The translations under genes and the position numbers were made by a program. Source: the human T2T-CHM13v2.0 reference genome, Homo sapiens. From it: DNA of 64,000 bases. The notes under the pieces were generated by a model. The model ran no database searches. It had not been told where the DNA came from and was given only the letters and a program-made list of their open reading frames with translations. This document shows positions 12,886-28,080 of this stretch, piece after piece (the first letter of the stretch is position 1; each line of letters opens with the position of its first letter). The DNA is taken from the NCBI RefSeq assembly GCF_009914755.1, contig NC_060939.1, one strand, 5' to 3'.

Positions 12886-13799
12886 AAGTTTTGCAGGACC
12901 TTAAATTTTCTGCCCTGACACTTTCGTCATGTTTCTGTATTCCAGTTATTGTAGCGCATGCTTTTCAGGTAGTTTTCTTTTGCGTTTTTTTTAATTATAT
13001 AAAAATATTTCACTATAAATGGCTCTTGAATACCCTGTTACTGAATGTTTATAATTTCCTTTTGTGGGAGGTGTCATTTTTTTCTGCCAGTAGTTTGAAC
13101 AAAGCTTTAGTAGATAGCTTTGTATAAAACTTAGAATAATTTTTTCAAATATGCAGATGTGAAAATAAATTGAATCAAGGAATATGAACTTAAGGTACAT
13201 TTTTCTAAATTATATTGCAAAGTATTAAATTAGTATTCATTGCTTTCGAAAAATAAAGGGCCAGTTACAACATACTTTCACAGCATTATTTTAATTCAAA
13301 TATGGTTTATGTCAGTGAATTATAAATACACAGCACATAATTAACAATGAGTATTAGAGAATCTAAATACTTTCTCATGCTTATTTACTAATTCCTTTTT
13401 GTTTTGTCTTTTTCTCACTTTTCTGTTTTAACCAATGTATTTCCTCTTTGAATCAGCAGACAATGTAATAAAAATATTATTCATAATTTTTCAATGTGAT
13501 GTAGATTTATTTAGTTCTTTTTATGTTGCTTTCATTTTTTAGGAAAAAGTTATTACAAAGTCGATTTTGATTTGTTTTCTTGTTTTTCCTCTGTGATTTT
13601 TCTTTTTTTCTACTTTAAGTTTTAGAATGCCCTCATTTCTGAGAGTTTACTATTTACTTTTTACAAAGTAAGAGCAGAGAGGAATTGGGTTTACTGATAA
13701 ATTCCTTCTAGCCTTTTTTTAAGTCTGTTTTTGAAGTATTATCCTTCAACTTGAATCAGTTAGGCTTGTTTATGGCCACCATTTTGAGTTATTAATTAA

Positions 13800-14172
<373 letters not shown>

Positions 14173-14463
14173 TAGCAATTGCATAAGCAAATTGGAATCT
14201 AATCATTGTCCAAAGCTTTTCCCTTGAGTAAGGGAATTTTTCATTGAATAGGTGTGCACAACTGATTTTTTACTTTTTAGGAATTTTTTAGCTTCTCAGT
14301 TCAGTTCACAGATTTTTGTAAATTTTTAAATACAACATTTAAGTCATACATTATAGTCTGCAAGTAGGACCATCTAATTTTATGATACTTAATTATATCT
14401 TATTCTAGTCTCAACTGCTAGTTCTACCTAAATAGTACCCATTACTAGTATTCCTGTAGAAGA

Positions 14464-14662
14464 AGGGTTGGTAATATATCTGGACCACTACCTGTGTCTA
14501 TAAATGAAATTTTATTGGAACACAACTCAGTTCATTTATTATGTTATCTTTGGCCACATTGGTGCTACGGTGGTGCAGCTTTGAGTAGTTGTGACAGATT
14601 GAATGACAGGCAAAGCCTAAAATACTTAGTATCTTGCTATTTAAAAGAAAATAATTGGCTGA
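14464..14662. mobile_element. MER58-like hAT-Charlie MITE
   Basis: aaattttattggaacaca...gagtagttgtgacaga...caaagcctaaaata motifs. Confidence 0.65.
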
Positions 14663-14958
14663 GTTTTATTTTAGAGGAGCAGATTGAAAGAAGAAAACAC
14701 CAAAGTGGGGGCCAGTCAATATAGTCATAATGTCATAGAAGGTGATAAAGAATAGATTATAGAAGTATATACGAAGTATACATTACAGCGTAGACAATCA
14801 GATGAATTTCTTGGGGAAGGGATCAGTCTAAGAGTCATGTTAAAGTCTGCTGTGGAGGAAGATGGGTAGTCTTTAACAACATTTAAACACTTCGTACCCG
14901 TTTTCATTAAAAATGTAAGGCACACGATGGCCAGGAAAAATAAGAAAATAAACTATTA

Positions 14959-15253
<295 letters not shown>

Positions 15254-15678
15254 TTGTGTTATGAATATTCTGTTTTTCTTTGGTACCTAAATATTTACCA
15301 GGGTACATATCCAACTGGATACCTACCTAGTAGTTGGGATGCAGGGTGTAATATTAGTATGACTTTTAAACGTTTTTGTTACATTGTTTTCTAAACACAT
15401 CATGAGAAGTGCTGATGGCCACTAAAAATTAGTAGACCATTAGTTTCTCAGTACCACCCTTTGTATTCTGGTGTTTTTTTGTTTTTGTTAAATAAACCTT
15501 TCCAATAAAGGAAATTTGTTTTCTTGTGTTTTTAATTGGAATTATTGTGTATTAATATTTTGCATTTAGTTTTCTTTTGTCACTTGTTTTTGCATACTCT
15601 TCGATGGAGGATCTCTATGGAGACCCTCTATAATTTTAAATTTTAACAGATCAATACTGATATTCCATGGTGTGTCTC

Positions 15679-15768
15679 ATTTGCTATGTGTGCCTTGGCC
15701 AACCCTAGTCATCTTATTTTACTATTTGCTATGTGTGCTTTGGCCAACCCTAGTCATCTTATTTTACT
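15679..15768 (+). repeat. 45-bp tandem duplication
   Basis: ATTTGCTATGTGTGC(C/T)TTGGCCAACCCTAGTCATCTTATTTTACT twice, one mismatch. Confidence 0.95.
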
Positions 15769-16300
15769 TTTGAATTAAAGTAGATTTACATTTTTATGTA
15801 GTTTAATCATTTGAAAGTCTACAGTTTCCTAAAGTTTGAAAACTTGTGCTTCTGTGAGGGATACCAGTTCGTTAATTTGCTTATGTGCCCTTTGATCTCA
15901 GAAGATACACTATGACTGCTCATCCATCCTTGCAGTGTGATGTTGCTACTCTCGTCGCCTTTCTCATGAAGTTTTGTTTTCTTGTGCTGTAAAGATAAAT
16001 TTGACCACTCTGCAGTGATTTATTTTCTTCTTTCACTTACAAGGTCATGACTACATTGTATCACATTTAGGGATGAGAGAGAACTGTTTCTAAATTCCAA
16101 ATCTGTCTCTTAAGGGAATCCTTTTAACTGCTGTAGGAGGTCAACTCCTATTGTGAGTAAAACATATATCTCTTCTAGCTATACAGGTTATTATTATATT
16201 ATGATATATATATAAATATAAAATAATAATCTGTCCCTAATTCTCTAGGTCTTCAGTTCTTTGGGCCATAACTCACATCCCTAGATGTGTTTCATACCTC

Positions 16301-16405
16301 TGGACCGCTAAGCTTGTGGGAGTTATTTATATCCTATTGCTCAAGGTCATTGCCAAGGTCTGATTTTTCACAAAAAAATTCCAACCTCTGGCATAAATGG
16401 GTTAA
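16301..16405 (+). mobile_element. MER85 (non-autonomous piggyBac, PGBD3-related), 5' end lost or degenerate
   Basis: cgctaagcttgtgggagttatttatatccta..gctcaaggtca..gccaaggtctgatttttcac..ggcataaatggg followed by the TTAA target site (16402-16405). Confidence 0.85.
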
Positions 16406-16409
16406 AAAC

Positions 16410-16575
16410 GGCTTTAGTGATGTAGTGCTGATAAACATAAAATTCACCCAATTTAAGTGCATGAAGCAATGATTTAAGTAAATTTACAGAACTGTGCAAT
16501 CATTGCCATGAACTACTCTGGAAACATTTTCATCACCACAGTAAGATCTGTCTTGCTCATTCACAGTCATGATCC
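16410..16575 (-). mobile_element. Old L1 3' fragment
   Basis: cataaaattcacccaatttaagtg...aacattttcatcacc motif. Confidence 0.6.
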
Positions 16576-16638
16576 TTGTTGTCTCTTTGGATGGCTGAAG
16601 GTCCCAAGTGTTGCAGTGCTATAAAAATGGATATTGCT

Positions 16639-16997
<359 letters not shown>

Positions 16998-17206
16998 TCA
17001 TAAGATAATATTCAAAACTTCTAAGTTATAGTCCTTAAACTCTTACTCATATTTAGGACAGAAACTACATTTAATTTTTGTGGAGGTCTTTGTTTGCTTA
17101 TTTGAAAAGTTCTTTTGAGATCTTTATAGGTTTTATTTAATACATTTTTTAATGTACAGACATCAGATTCATGGCCACTGAATGACAGCCAGGCATTAGA
17201 GTATTC

Positions 17207-17283
17207 TTTTTTTTTTTTTTTTTTTGAGATGGAGTTTCACTCTTGCTGCCCAGGCTGGAGTGCAATGGTGCGATCTCCGCTCA
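17207..17283 (-). mobile_element. Alu right-arm fragment
   Basis: poly-T plus gagatggagtttcactcttg...gcgatctccgctca. Confidence 0.8.
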
Positions 17284-17446
17284 AAAAGATACTTTTGAAT
17301 CCTTTTCAAAAGTAATTTGTGTTTCATTTTTTAATTAGTATGATAAGCACTTCAAGACCCTTTACAATTCTGGCTAGATTTGGTTGCCATATTTAATAGC
17401 ATTTTATAAATAATGGAGAAAAGGGAAACATTATGCATGCTTGATT

Positions 17447-18371
<925 letters not shown>

Positions 18372-18975
18372 TGATTTATAACTTTGTCCTTCATTACTTG
18401 ATCTATGAAAGTTGTTTATGTGAGTCTATATATATATATTCCATAGTCATGTGTTCTCTTTTGACATGGGAAGTCTTAGGCAGGTTTATAACACACTTGG
18501 CTCTTAGTGGGGAAAGATTACCTGCCATCATCTTGAAGCGAATTTAGGGGAAGAAAGAATATTGCAAATGACAACATAGGTATTTCAGAAAAAAGGAAAA
18601 ATCTGAATGAAAGAGTAATTGAGATGTTGATACAGAGATGACTTCATATTAATTCTGAACTAGAGAGAGAGACACTACCTTAAATAAGGATGGAAAGAAA
18701 AATACTAAATTTGGGAAAATGACGCTTAGTTTTTGAAACATTTAGGAATTACTAGGTAAAATAAAATTCAATGACTTTCATCAGTCCTAAGTGTGTCAAA
18801 TGTGAGAGTTAAGAATGAGGGACTAGGGAAATGTGGCAGTCCCTTGGTGAGGAAGCTAGTATGAGAGGAAGGATGTTTTTGAACGTGTCTGTCATAGTGA
18901 TTTTCATGCAAAATTGTCTGCCTGTTTTAAAACATGGTAGATTGCAGTGCAGCTTTAACATGCTTTCCTCTGCAG

Positions 18976-19118
18976 GCTCCATCTACTCTTTGAAGCTTCT
19001 GCCCAGCTTGCATTGTTTCTAGGAGAACCTGCGTCATACCTTTATCTATAGCCTTCCCCTAGGTCTTCAGAAGCATCAAGTTTTAACTGTGGACATTGGA
19101 TTTGGTGGAACAGCAATC
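18976..19118 (+). other. SNRPN: Exon 4 non-coding (intercistronic) part
   Basis: ctttcctctgcAG acceptor ending 18975; exon runs to the SmN ATG. Confidence 0.85.
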
Positions 19119-19121
19119 ATG
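19119..19121 (+). CDS. SNRPN: SmN start codon (last 3 nt of exon 4)
   Basis: GCAATC ATG|gtaagc; splices in frame to ACT GTT GGC AAG giving MTVGK. Confidence 0.95.
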
Positions 19122-19282
19122 GTAAGCTGTATGATAAGGCTGAGGGTTGAAATGTGCTGTAAGGGCCGAAAGAAATAGTTTGCCAGCATGTGCAGTGATC
19201 TTGGGTTCTGAATGTTAGAAATAAGGATACATCCATGGATATGGATTCTCATTGCATTGAGTATCAGCTGAAGATGAGCTGA

Positions 19283-19528
19283 TTTTTTTATTTTTATTTT
19301 TTTCAGACGGGGTCTTGCTCTGTCTCCCAGTCTGGAGTGCAGTGGTGCGGTCTTGGCTCACTGCAACCCTGGGTTCAAGAGATTCTCGTGCCTCAGCCTC
19401 TTTATTAGAAACAGGGTTTCACTGTGTTGGCCAGGCTGGTCTCAGGCTCCTGACCTCTGGTGATCCACCCACCTCGGCCTCCCAAAGTGCTGGGATTACA
19501 GGCATGAGATGAGCCACTGTGCCTGGCC
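19283..19528 (-). mobile_element. AluS with internal deletions (SNRPN intron 4)
   Basis: Antisense Alu motifs with the central part missing. Confidence 0.85.
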
Positions 19529-20022
19529 ATGAGAAATGTTTCATGATGTGAGAAAATACAGGAGTTTTTGGTCATGATTCCACCAGTGGTGAAGGACTGT
19601 CCTGCAGATGATGGACTCTCAGGTCAGATTACAATAGAAATAAAGAGGGCTTTGAAAATGGAAGGGTTTTGGCATTAACAGTACAGAGAAAAGCAGTCTG
19701 GAGAGAGAGAACACCCTACATCATTGTGGTTTGGTTTACTTAGGGGAGTGGACAGTTTAGAGCATGCATCGTCACAGAGAAGGATAATCACCTGTAAGGA
19801 GGTGAAAATTGGTTCTTGAGATGTGAAAAAATACTTCATAATCCTTTGTGGTCCTCCAAAGAGCCATACTAAATATGGAAGAATGTTGGTGAAAAAGGAG
19901 AGAATATTTGTTTAGTTAAGGAAACCAGGCTTAGATTATGTAAGGGTGGAGAAGAAACAGGAGAAGATTAGAAGACTAGGGTGTTGGCAAGCTGAACATG
20001 ACTCTTGTCTTACTGCTTCTAG

Positions 20023-20175
<153 letters not shown>

Positions 20176-20949
20176 TAAGGCTGATTTGGGCAAATGGGGG
20201 TTGGACACAGAGGCAGTGGGAAGGGAAGGCCAGAGCTGGAGTAAGGGATTTCCGAGGGTAACTGAAGTAGTTAGGGAAACTATGGTAGAGCCAGTCTATT
20301 GTTTAACCTCTTGACCTGATCTCTGAATTAGGTCAGAGTCTGCATCTGAACTCTTTTAAGTTTGTAAAACAATCATGGATTTATTACTGGGAGTAAAAGT
20401 ATATGCTATGGTCAGAATACTCGTATTTATTTTTAAAATTGAGAAAAATGCTATATTAATTAATTGGTTGGCTTCTGCAGCAGTCTTAGACCAAATCTTG
20501 GTTGAAATGGAGAAGAACAGTTGTTCTTCATGGTTGAGGAGTTGGGATATGGTTGCCATTTGGTATCCTCTCTTTGCCTATCACTGTTCCCATTATTTCA
20601 GTTCTGTGTCACCTGTCATTATGATTTAATTATTTAAGTAATTTTTTAAAGAAATTTCCATTTTAATGTGGAAACCCAGGTTTCAATTTTGTTTTTCTTA
20701 AAAGGTATTTCACAAAAGAAATTAGTCTTGTTGTAGTGTAACATCAAAGGAACATTCTGTAAAAGACTAAAGTTAGATTAGAAAATAGCTTCACTATTTA
20801 CCCTTGTATATTAACTGTGTTTACAGATATTTTTTGGCTTGTTTTTCAGTGATAACTCAGTAAATGTTTAGCATCAGTTGTCTTAATTGATACTTGAGGT
20901 TGTATAAATATTTTGATGAGTGAGTGATCACTAAAATTTATCTCACTAA

Positions 20950-21093
<144 letters not shown>

Positions 21094-21526
21094 TAGGGCA
21101 GGACAGAACTTTAATTTGCAGGGACATCATATTATGTGAGATGTCTGAAATCAGGGTAGAGCAGACACAGTTCAACATGGATTGTCAAATAAAATGTGCC
21201 AGGCACTTAATATCAATTGTTGGTTGCCTATGCTATTCGGGATTAGGGGATTTTTGGTGAATTATTCTATGTGCTGGGCATTACCTAGGTAAGGGTAGGA
21301 GTTGGTGATTCATGTTTGCTTGGTATGTTTATAAAAGAGGTGTTTTCACAATTTGACAAATAATGTGCATTTTATACACAAGATACCTCCATGGTATACT
21401 TGCTTGTTTGTTCATTTGGACACAGAACTAATATGAGATAGGTGTCATGGGAAAATGGTGGAGAGAAGTGATCTCTGATGAATAAGAATACTGAGAACTT
21501 GTAAATTGTTTGATTTTAGGCTATGA

Positions 21527-21760
<234 letters not shown>

Positions 21761-22022
21761 TAAAAACCTAAGTGTATGTGTCATACAATGTAAACAGCAT
21801 ATGGTTTAGGAGGAACCAAAACACAGATATATGGGAGGAAGGGAATAAAACTAGCTGCTTAAAATGGTCATTGGGTGATTAAAGTTACCCAGGTTACTCT
21901 TGGCAAGAGTAACTTGCCACTAGTGGTGAGTGAACAGAATGCATGGATATACCACAGTTGAAAAGACCAAAGGGCTTTTTGGATGTCAGTGTACTAAGAT
22001 TAGTTTTTAAAATATGGGAATA

Positions 22023-22361
<339 letters not shown>

Positions 22362-22418
22362 TCATTTTTCTCATTTATTTTCTGTGTTTGAATAATGTGA
22401 AGGTTTGCATCGCTTTGA

Positions 22419-22619
<201 letters not shown>

Positions 22620-22799
22620 TGATGAGAGATAGCTTACTGATTTAAGACACAGCCTGAGAGCCTAAGAATTTGGGGAATATGCTTCCTTCTTCTAGATACT
22701 GGTTTTTAATGAAAGACATAGAAGAGTAATTGTCATATAGAAGTTATTTGACTCTATCATTGTTGTCTGGCCCATTTCTTTAGGGATTATTTGGGCTAA

Positions 22800-23024
<225 letters not shown>

Positions 23025-23071
23025 TGAATATGTGTATCCTCTTTTTCTCAATGTTTCTATTTCCTTTCCAG

Positions 23072-23109
23072 GTCCACCTCCCCCAGGAATGCGTCCACCA
23101 AGACCTTAG
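23072..23109 (+). CDS. SNRPN: SmN exon 10 coding part to TAG
   Basis: [11 protein letters not shown]. Exon lengths 3+152+112+153+139+126+38 = 723 nt = 240 aa + stop, the size of SmN. Confidence 0.98.
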
Positions 23110-23219
23110 CATACTGTTGATCCATCTCAGTCACTTTTTCCCCTGCAATGCGTCTTGTGAAATTGTGTAGAGTGTTTGTGAGCTTTTTGTTCCCTCATTC
23201 TGCATTAATAATAGCTAAT

Positions 23220-23285
23220 AATAAATGCATAGAGCAATTAAACTGTGAGGTACTGTTGTATATATTTTTTTGCCTGTTGATTTTG
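23220..23285 (+). terminator. SNRPN: SNRPN polyadenylation region
   Basis: AATAAA 23220-23225, ATTAAA 23237-23242, GU/U-rich downstream element ~23254-23285. Confidence 0.85.
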
Positions 23286-24200
23286 ATGAGATCTTAAGTT
23301 ACTGTGGATGAGGGTGATGCCTATTAAGCAGTTGATTCAAATCATATTCTCTTTAATTCTTAGGATAAAAAGGTTTTCTGCTATCTAACTTTCACTTTGT
23401 GCATTGACTGGTGTTGGTTAATAATGTTTTCATGACCCGGGGGTTTAAGTGGTTGTGCTGCTTCACACATGGCCTCCTGCTTCTCATGTTGCTATGTCAC
23501 ATTATCTGAAGGGAAGTGGGGATGGGATGAAAGGCCTTGTAAGGCCACCTATATACTGAAGGAAGTTGTAGTGAATCACAGTCCATGCTCATTACATATC
23601 AAGGCATTTGAAATAGAAGTTACTCTTTTTCTTGGGATGTTGACCTCAGTTGATCAGGTTTTACAGTGTCCTATGATCAGAATAGAGGATGTGATACTGG
23701 AATAATCATTTTCTACCATTGAGTAAGTATTTATTTATAAATTACTAAATGAGTGGAAGATCCTGGGTACTGGGAGGCAGGAGGTTGCATATTTGAGTTG
23801 ATAAGTTGTACTACTGATAATAAAGATAACTGACACACTAAAACATACTTGGTACACTGAAATACAAATTACGGTTATGTCCAGTGGTATCACCAAGTGA
23901 CAAACTGGGAGCTAAATAGTTCAGAAATGCCCTAGTCTCTAGGTCCAGTTTGAATTGGTTATGGAACAAAGAAGCCATTTATAAAAGGGAAGAGATTTTT
24001 AGGTTTTGCAGCTAAGGTTTATAGTAGGCAGCGAGGGAATGATTCATAGTGATTGTAGCAGTTGGTTTACCAAGCACTAAAGAGATTGGTGTTAACTCCA
24101 TAATACTGATAGACTGATTGGAATTACATTTTTTCTCTTGAATTTACCAGGAGTGGTTGTGAATGTCACCTTTTCCATCTTTTAAATTACATCCTTGCAG

Positions 24201-24307
24201 GTGGTAATCACTCAAGGAAAAGGAATTATCAGAGTAACAATAGTTCCTGTTACTGACTTGATATGGTCTCTGCCAGAATAGCTTCTCAGATTAATGGCCA
24301 CTCTCAG
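24201..24307 (+). ncRNA. SNHG14: Candidate non-coding read-through exon (alternative acceptor would start it at 24151)
   Basis: Pyrimidine-rich acceptor atccttgcAG and strong donor CAG|gtaagg; splice signals only. Confidence 0.45.
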
Positions 24308-25068
24308 GTAAGGAAAATAAAGAGGCGAAGCCTTAGTTGCTTTAGGAGATGATATAATACAGGTGTGACATCAGTGTTTTCAGAATTTGTAAATGTTAAA
24401 ACAAACTTCTTGATTTACCAAAGCCACAACCAAAGTACTTTACCTGGATCTTTCAAGACAGAGCTTCTCAGTTCAGACAAATTGACTGATGATAAGACAA
24501 ACACTTTTCCTCTACAAACCGTGGGGTAGTATGTAGAGAGACCTGTGATTTCTTCCCATACTGCTCTGGAACTACTTCTAATTATACTTTTTTCTTTGTT
24601 TGTTTTTGAAGGGGAAGCATTTCTCCTTGCATTGGTTTGCTGGTATGGATGGCCCTTAGATTTTGGCATGAGTGATTATGCAGCCTATTTGAAGAAAACC
24701 TGTTTTCAGGACCTTTTTAATTAAATATGGCCTGTTACATGAGTTAAAGGTAAGTTATAAGAGCTCTAGATTCTGCAAGATGCTTGCTTCTTGTAGTTAT
24801 TTTGCTTGGTGATAATACATTTTCTTTTGTCTGGAGCTTCCTGGACTTTTTGAGAATCCTGATTGTGATGATATAATAGGAGAAAACTTGGGATATAGAT
24901 AGTATAATTGAGTGTGGTGAATCTTTTGTTATGGAATGCTAGTCTAAGCTTCTGTGTGTTTCCACTAGGGACACACATCAACATATCAGTCTTAAAACAT
25001 TCTTGGTAGTTAATGCTTGATGTTACTTAAAAATCATCCTACATTCTTGCATTAAACTACATACACGT

Positions 25069-25376
25069 GGCTGGGCGCGGTGGCTCATGCCTGTAATCCC
25101 AGCACTTTGGGAGGCCGAGGCAGGCAGATCCCGAGGTCAGAAGATCGAGACCATCCTGGCTAACACGGTGAAACCTCGTCTCTACAAAAAATTCAAAAAA
25201 TTAGCCGGGCGTGGTGGCAGGCACCTGTAGTCCCAGCTACTCGGGAGCCTGAGGCAGGAGAATGGTGTGAACCTGGTGGAGCTTGCAGTGAGCCGAGATC
25301 GCGCCACTGCACTCCAGCCTGGGCGACAGAGTAAAACTCTGTCTCAAAAAAAAAGAAAAAAAAAAAAAAAAGAAAA
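25069..25376 (+). mobile_element. AluY-like
   Basis: gatcgagaccatcctggctaacacggtgaaac and gagcttgcagtgagccgagatcgcgcc diagnostics. Confidence 0.9.
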
Positions 25377-25929
25377 TACATACATGTCTCATCTAAAACA
25401 TGGTTGGTCAACAACTTTCTGATTTCCTGATACACATTTTATTAACCGGCTCCTTAAATATATCCATGTTGCATATCATGTTTGACATGCTTTCATTGTA
25501 GCTTATAGAATAATTTCAAATAGAATTTTGGGATAAAAATTATGCTACCTTAAAATAGGTTATGAAGTATTTGAGGTATTCTCTTTTTATATGATAGGTA
25601 AACTTGGCTTGGAATTAAAAAGATTTTGAAAGTTGCTTAGGGAGCTCCCTGCTTTTGTGAACTCATTATTCCTTAATTATGATGTCAAATTTCAGAAGTT
25701 TGTTATTAACATACCGGTATTTTGCTTTTTATAGATTCTTGTAATAGAATATTACAAGTAGAAACTGATTTACATAGATAATTATGTGAAATAGTGCTGC
25801 TTGACTAGGATTTTCATGATCTCATTTCAAAGATTAGCAAAAACACCCTTTACCTGGTATGTTTACCTCTGATACTACCTTCACTGATTTCAGCAGGTAG
25901 TCAGTTATAATCCATGGATTGAAGTTTTG

Positions 25930-26231
25930 ATTTATTTATTTATTTATTTGAGACAGAGTCTCACTCTGTTGCGCAAGCTGGAGTACAGTGGTGTGATCTT
26001 GGCTCACTTTAGCCTCTGCCTTCCGGGCTGAAGCGATTCTCCTGCCTCAGCCTCCTGAGTAGCTGGGATTACAGGTGTGGGCCACCACACCTGGCTAATT
26101 TTTGTATTTTTGGTAGAGACAGGGTTTCACCATGTTGGCCAGGTTGGTCTCAAACTCCTGACCTCAGGTGATCCGCCCAACTCAGCCTCCCGAAGTGCTG
26201 GGATTACAGGTGTGAGCCACCGCACCCCGCC
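25930..26231 (-). mobile_element. AluS
   Basis: Antisense Alu, TSD CCATGG(A/G)TTGAAGTTTT. Confidence 0.92.
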
Positions 26232-26658
26232 ATGGGTTGAAGTTTTTAAATGCATGTTTTCCGGTAGTTAATACATTGCTTGATTCTGTCTTATAATTGC
26301 ATTTCAGTTCTCTTCATCTTGTCCATACACATAATAATGCTTAGTATATAATAAAGCAAGGTATATTTTCATGGGATTTTTGTAGTGGGAGAATGACATC
26401 TGAGCCTGAAATAGGATATTTGTGTTGTAACTTTTTCAGTGTCATACGATACCATTTTTTGACCACTTAGTTGATGCCTCTGAAAGGAAGAGAGAATCAG
26501 ATCGCTAAAATTTGATGTGTCGTCAGTGTGGATCCTACTCAGTAGTGTCACAACGAGGCTGAAAATCATATTAAGTGCTTTTAGGACAGAAACGTAAACT
26601 GCTCAGGTAAAATAACCTTATAAAGAGAAATAAGCATATATTGCAGAGGCCTTGGCTA

Positions 26659-26733
26659 GGTTCATGATGACACAGGACCTTGTCTGAACATAATGATTTC
26701 AAAATTTGAGCTTAAAAATGACACTCTGAAATC
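26659..26733 (+). ncRNA. SNORD107: Box C/D snoRNA SNORD107 (HBII-436), orphan
   Basis: C box ATGATGA 26664-26670, D' CTGA 26684-26687, C'-like ATGATTT 26693-26699, D CTGA 26726-26729, flanking terminal stem; first snoRNA downstream of SNRPN. Confidence 0.93.
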
Positions 26734-26870
26734 CAGTCAGTGTGCCTCACTAGACTTTTCGATTTCAAGATTTTCTGCAGAAAATGTTTTGAAAACTTTG
26801 AATACTTAAAAATGGCAGGTGTAGTATTGCACTTTGCTAGTTGCTCAGATACCCTTTTTTATTTGTATAG

Positions 26871-27102
26871 ATATTCTGAGTTCCTTTTTTTTTCTACATG
26901 TTGTACGTTGTCGAAAGCTAAAAGGAAACTTATCCTTGGATCACGGAAGGCAGAGGCATTTGGTGAGATGGAAACAAGGATGTGTAAAAATGAGACGACC
27001 ACCTCTCGGATTAAAAAAAAAAAGTGCCAGAGTTCTAGGGTTCTAAGTGATGTCCAGGAAGGAGGAGGAATAATATTTATGGAGCATATATTATGGAACA
27101 CA
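26871..27102 (+). ncRNA. SNHG14: Candidate non-coding exon after SNORD107 (alternative acceptor would start it at 26781)
   Basis: cccttttttatttgtatAG acceptor, ACA|gtgagt donor at 27103; upstream donor CAG|gtaaaa at 26607 would make SNORD107 intronic. Confidence 0.45.
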
Positions 27103-27264
27103 GTGAGTATAGTACCTGCCTTTAAATGAATACTGTTGGTTTTTTAGGACAGTTGCTTTTTTTTCTTTTTTCTTCAGCTGTGTGCAGTTGATTAACTTGT
27201 ACAGAGCCTATCACACAATAGATGTTTAAGAAATATTAAGTGAATGAATGAGGCAGCATTGCTA

Positions 27265-27545
27265 ATTTTTGTATAGTGAGACAGTATCTCACAGTCCAGG
27301 CTGGAGTTCAGTGGCATTAACATAACTCACTGCAGCCTTGAACACCTGAGCTCAAACGATCCTTTCACCTTATCCTCCAGAGTAGCTGGGACTACAGTCG
27401 CGTGTCAACATGCCTGGCTAATTTTAGTTTTCTAATTTTTTTAGAGTTGGGATCTCACTATGTTGCTTAGACTGGTCTTGAACTCCTGGCCTCATGCCAT
27501 CCTCTTGCCTCAGCTGGTATTGTAGGTGTGAGCCACTGTGCCAGG
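27265..27545 (-). mobile_element. AluJ-like
   Basis: Diverged antisense dimeric Alu. Confidence 0.8.
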
Positions 27546-27792
27546 TACTAATTTTTTTTATGTTAGAAAACAAGTTTTTAGGTATTTTATAGTTACTTCC
27601 TTATGACAATATCTCATCAGAATCTAGGCCTATCTGATATCTGACTCCATACGTTTATACCGTGTAGTCAGCCATTCCCAGATAGAGGTCATTTGAGTTA
27701 CTTAGTGTTTACCAGCACTTGTTTACTACCTTGCGATGATATTTACAGTGTATTTTTGGGTATGGTTTTGGGGTTATTTGGTTGTTGTTAAA

Positions 27793-28080
27793 ATGCCTGT
27801 AATCCCGGCACTTTGGGAGGTTGAGGCGGGTGGATCACCTGAGGTCAGGAGTTCGAGCCCAGCCTGGCCAACATGGCGAAACCCTACCTCTACTAAAAAT
27901 ACAAAAATTAGCCTGGCGTGGTGGCAGGCACCTGTAATCCCAACTACGCAGGAGGCTAAGGCAGGAGAATTGCTTGAACCCGGGAGGCGGAGGTTGCAGT
28001 GAGCCGAGATCGCGCCAATGGCACTCCATTCAGCTTGAGTGACAGAGGTGAGACTCCCATCTCAAGGTAAAAAAAAAAAA
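27793..28080 (+). mobile_element. AluS, slightly 5'-truncated
   Basis: Begins at atgcctgtaatccc. Confidence 0.9.

Noticed and set aside
23667-23722. Possible small exon ending at TGA|gtaagt
   Set aside because: Good donor but no convincing acceptor; cannot be supported without transcript data.
26585-26606. 22-nt micro-exon (ttttAG...CAG|gtaaaa) upstream of SNORD107
   Set aside because: Donor plausible, but the acceptor is weak and the true exon start cannot be fixed from sequence.
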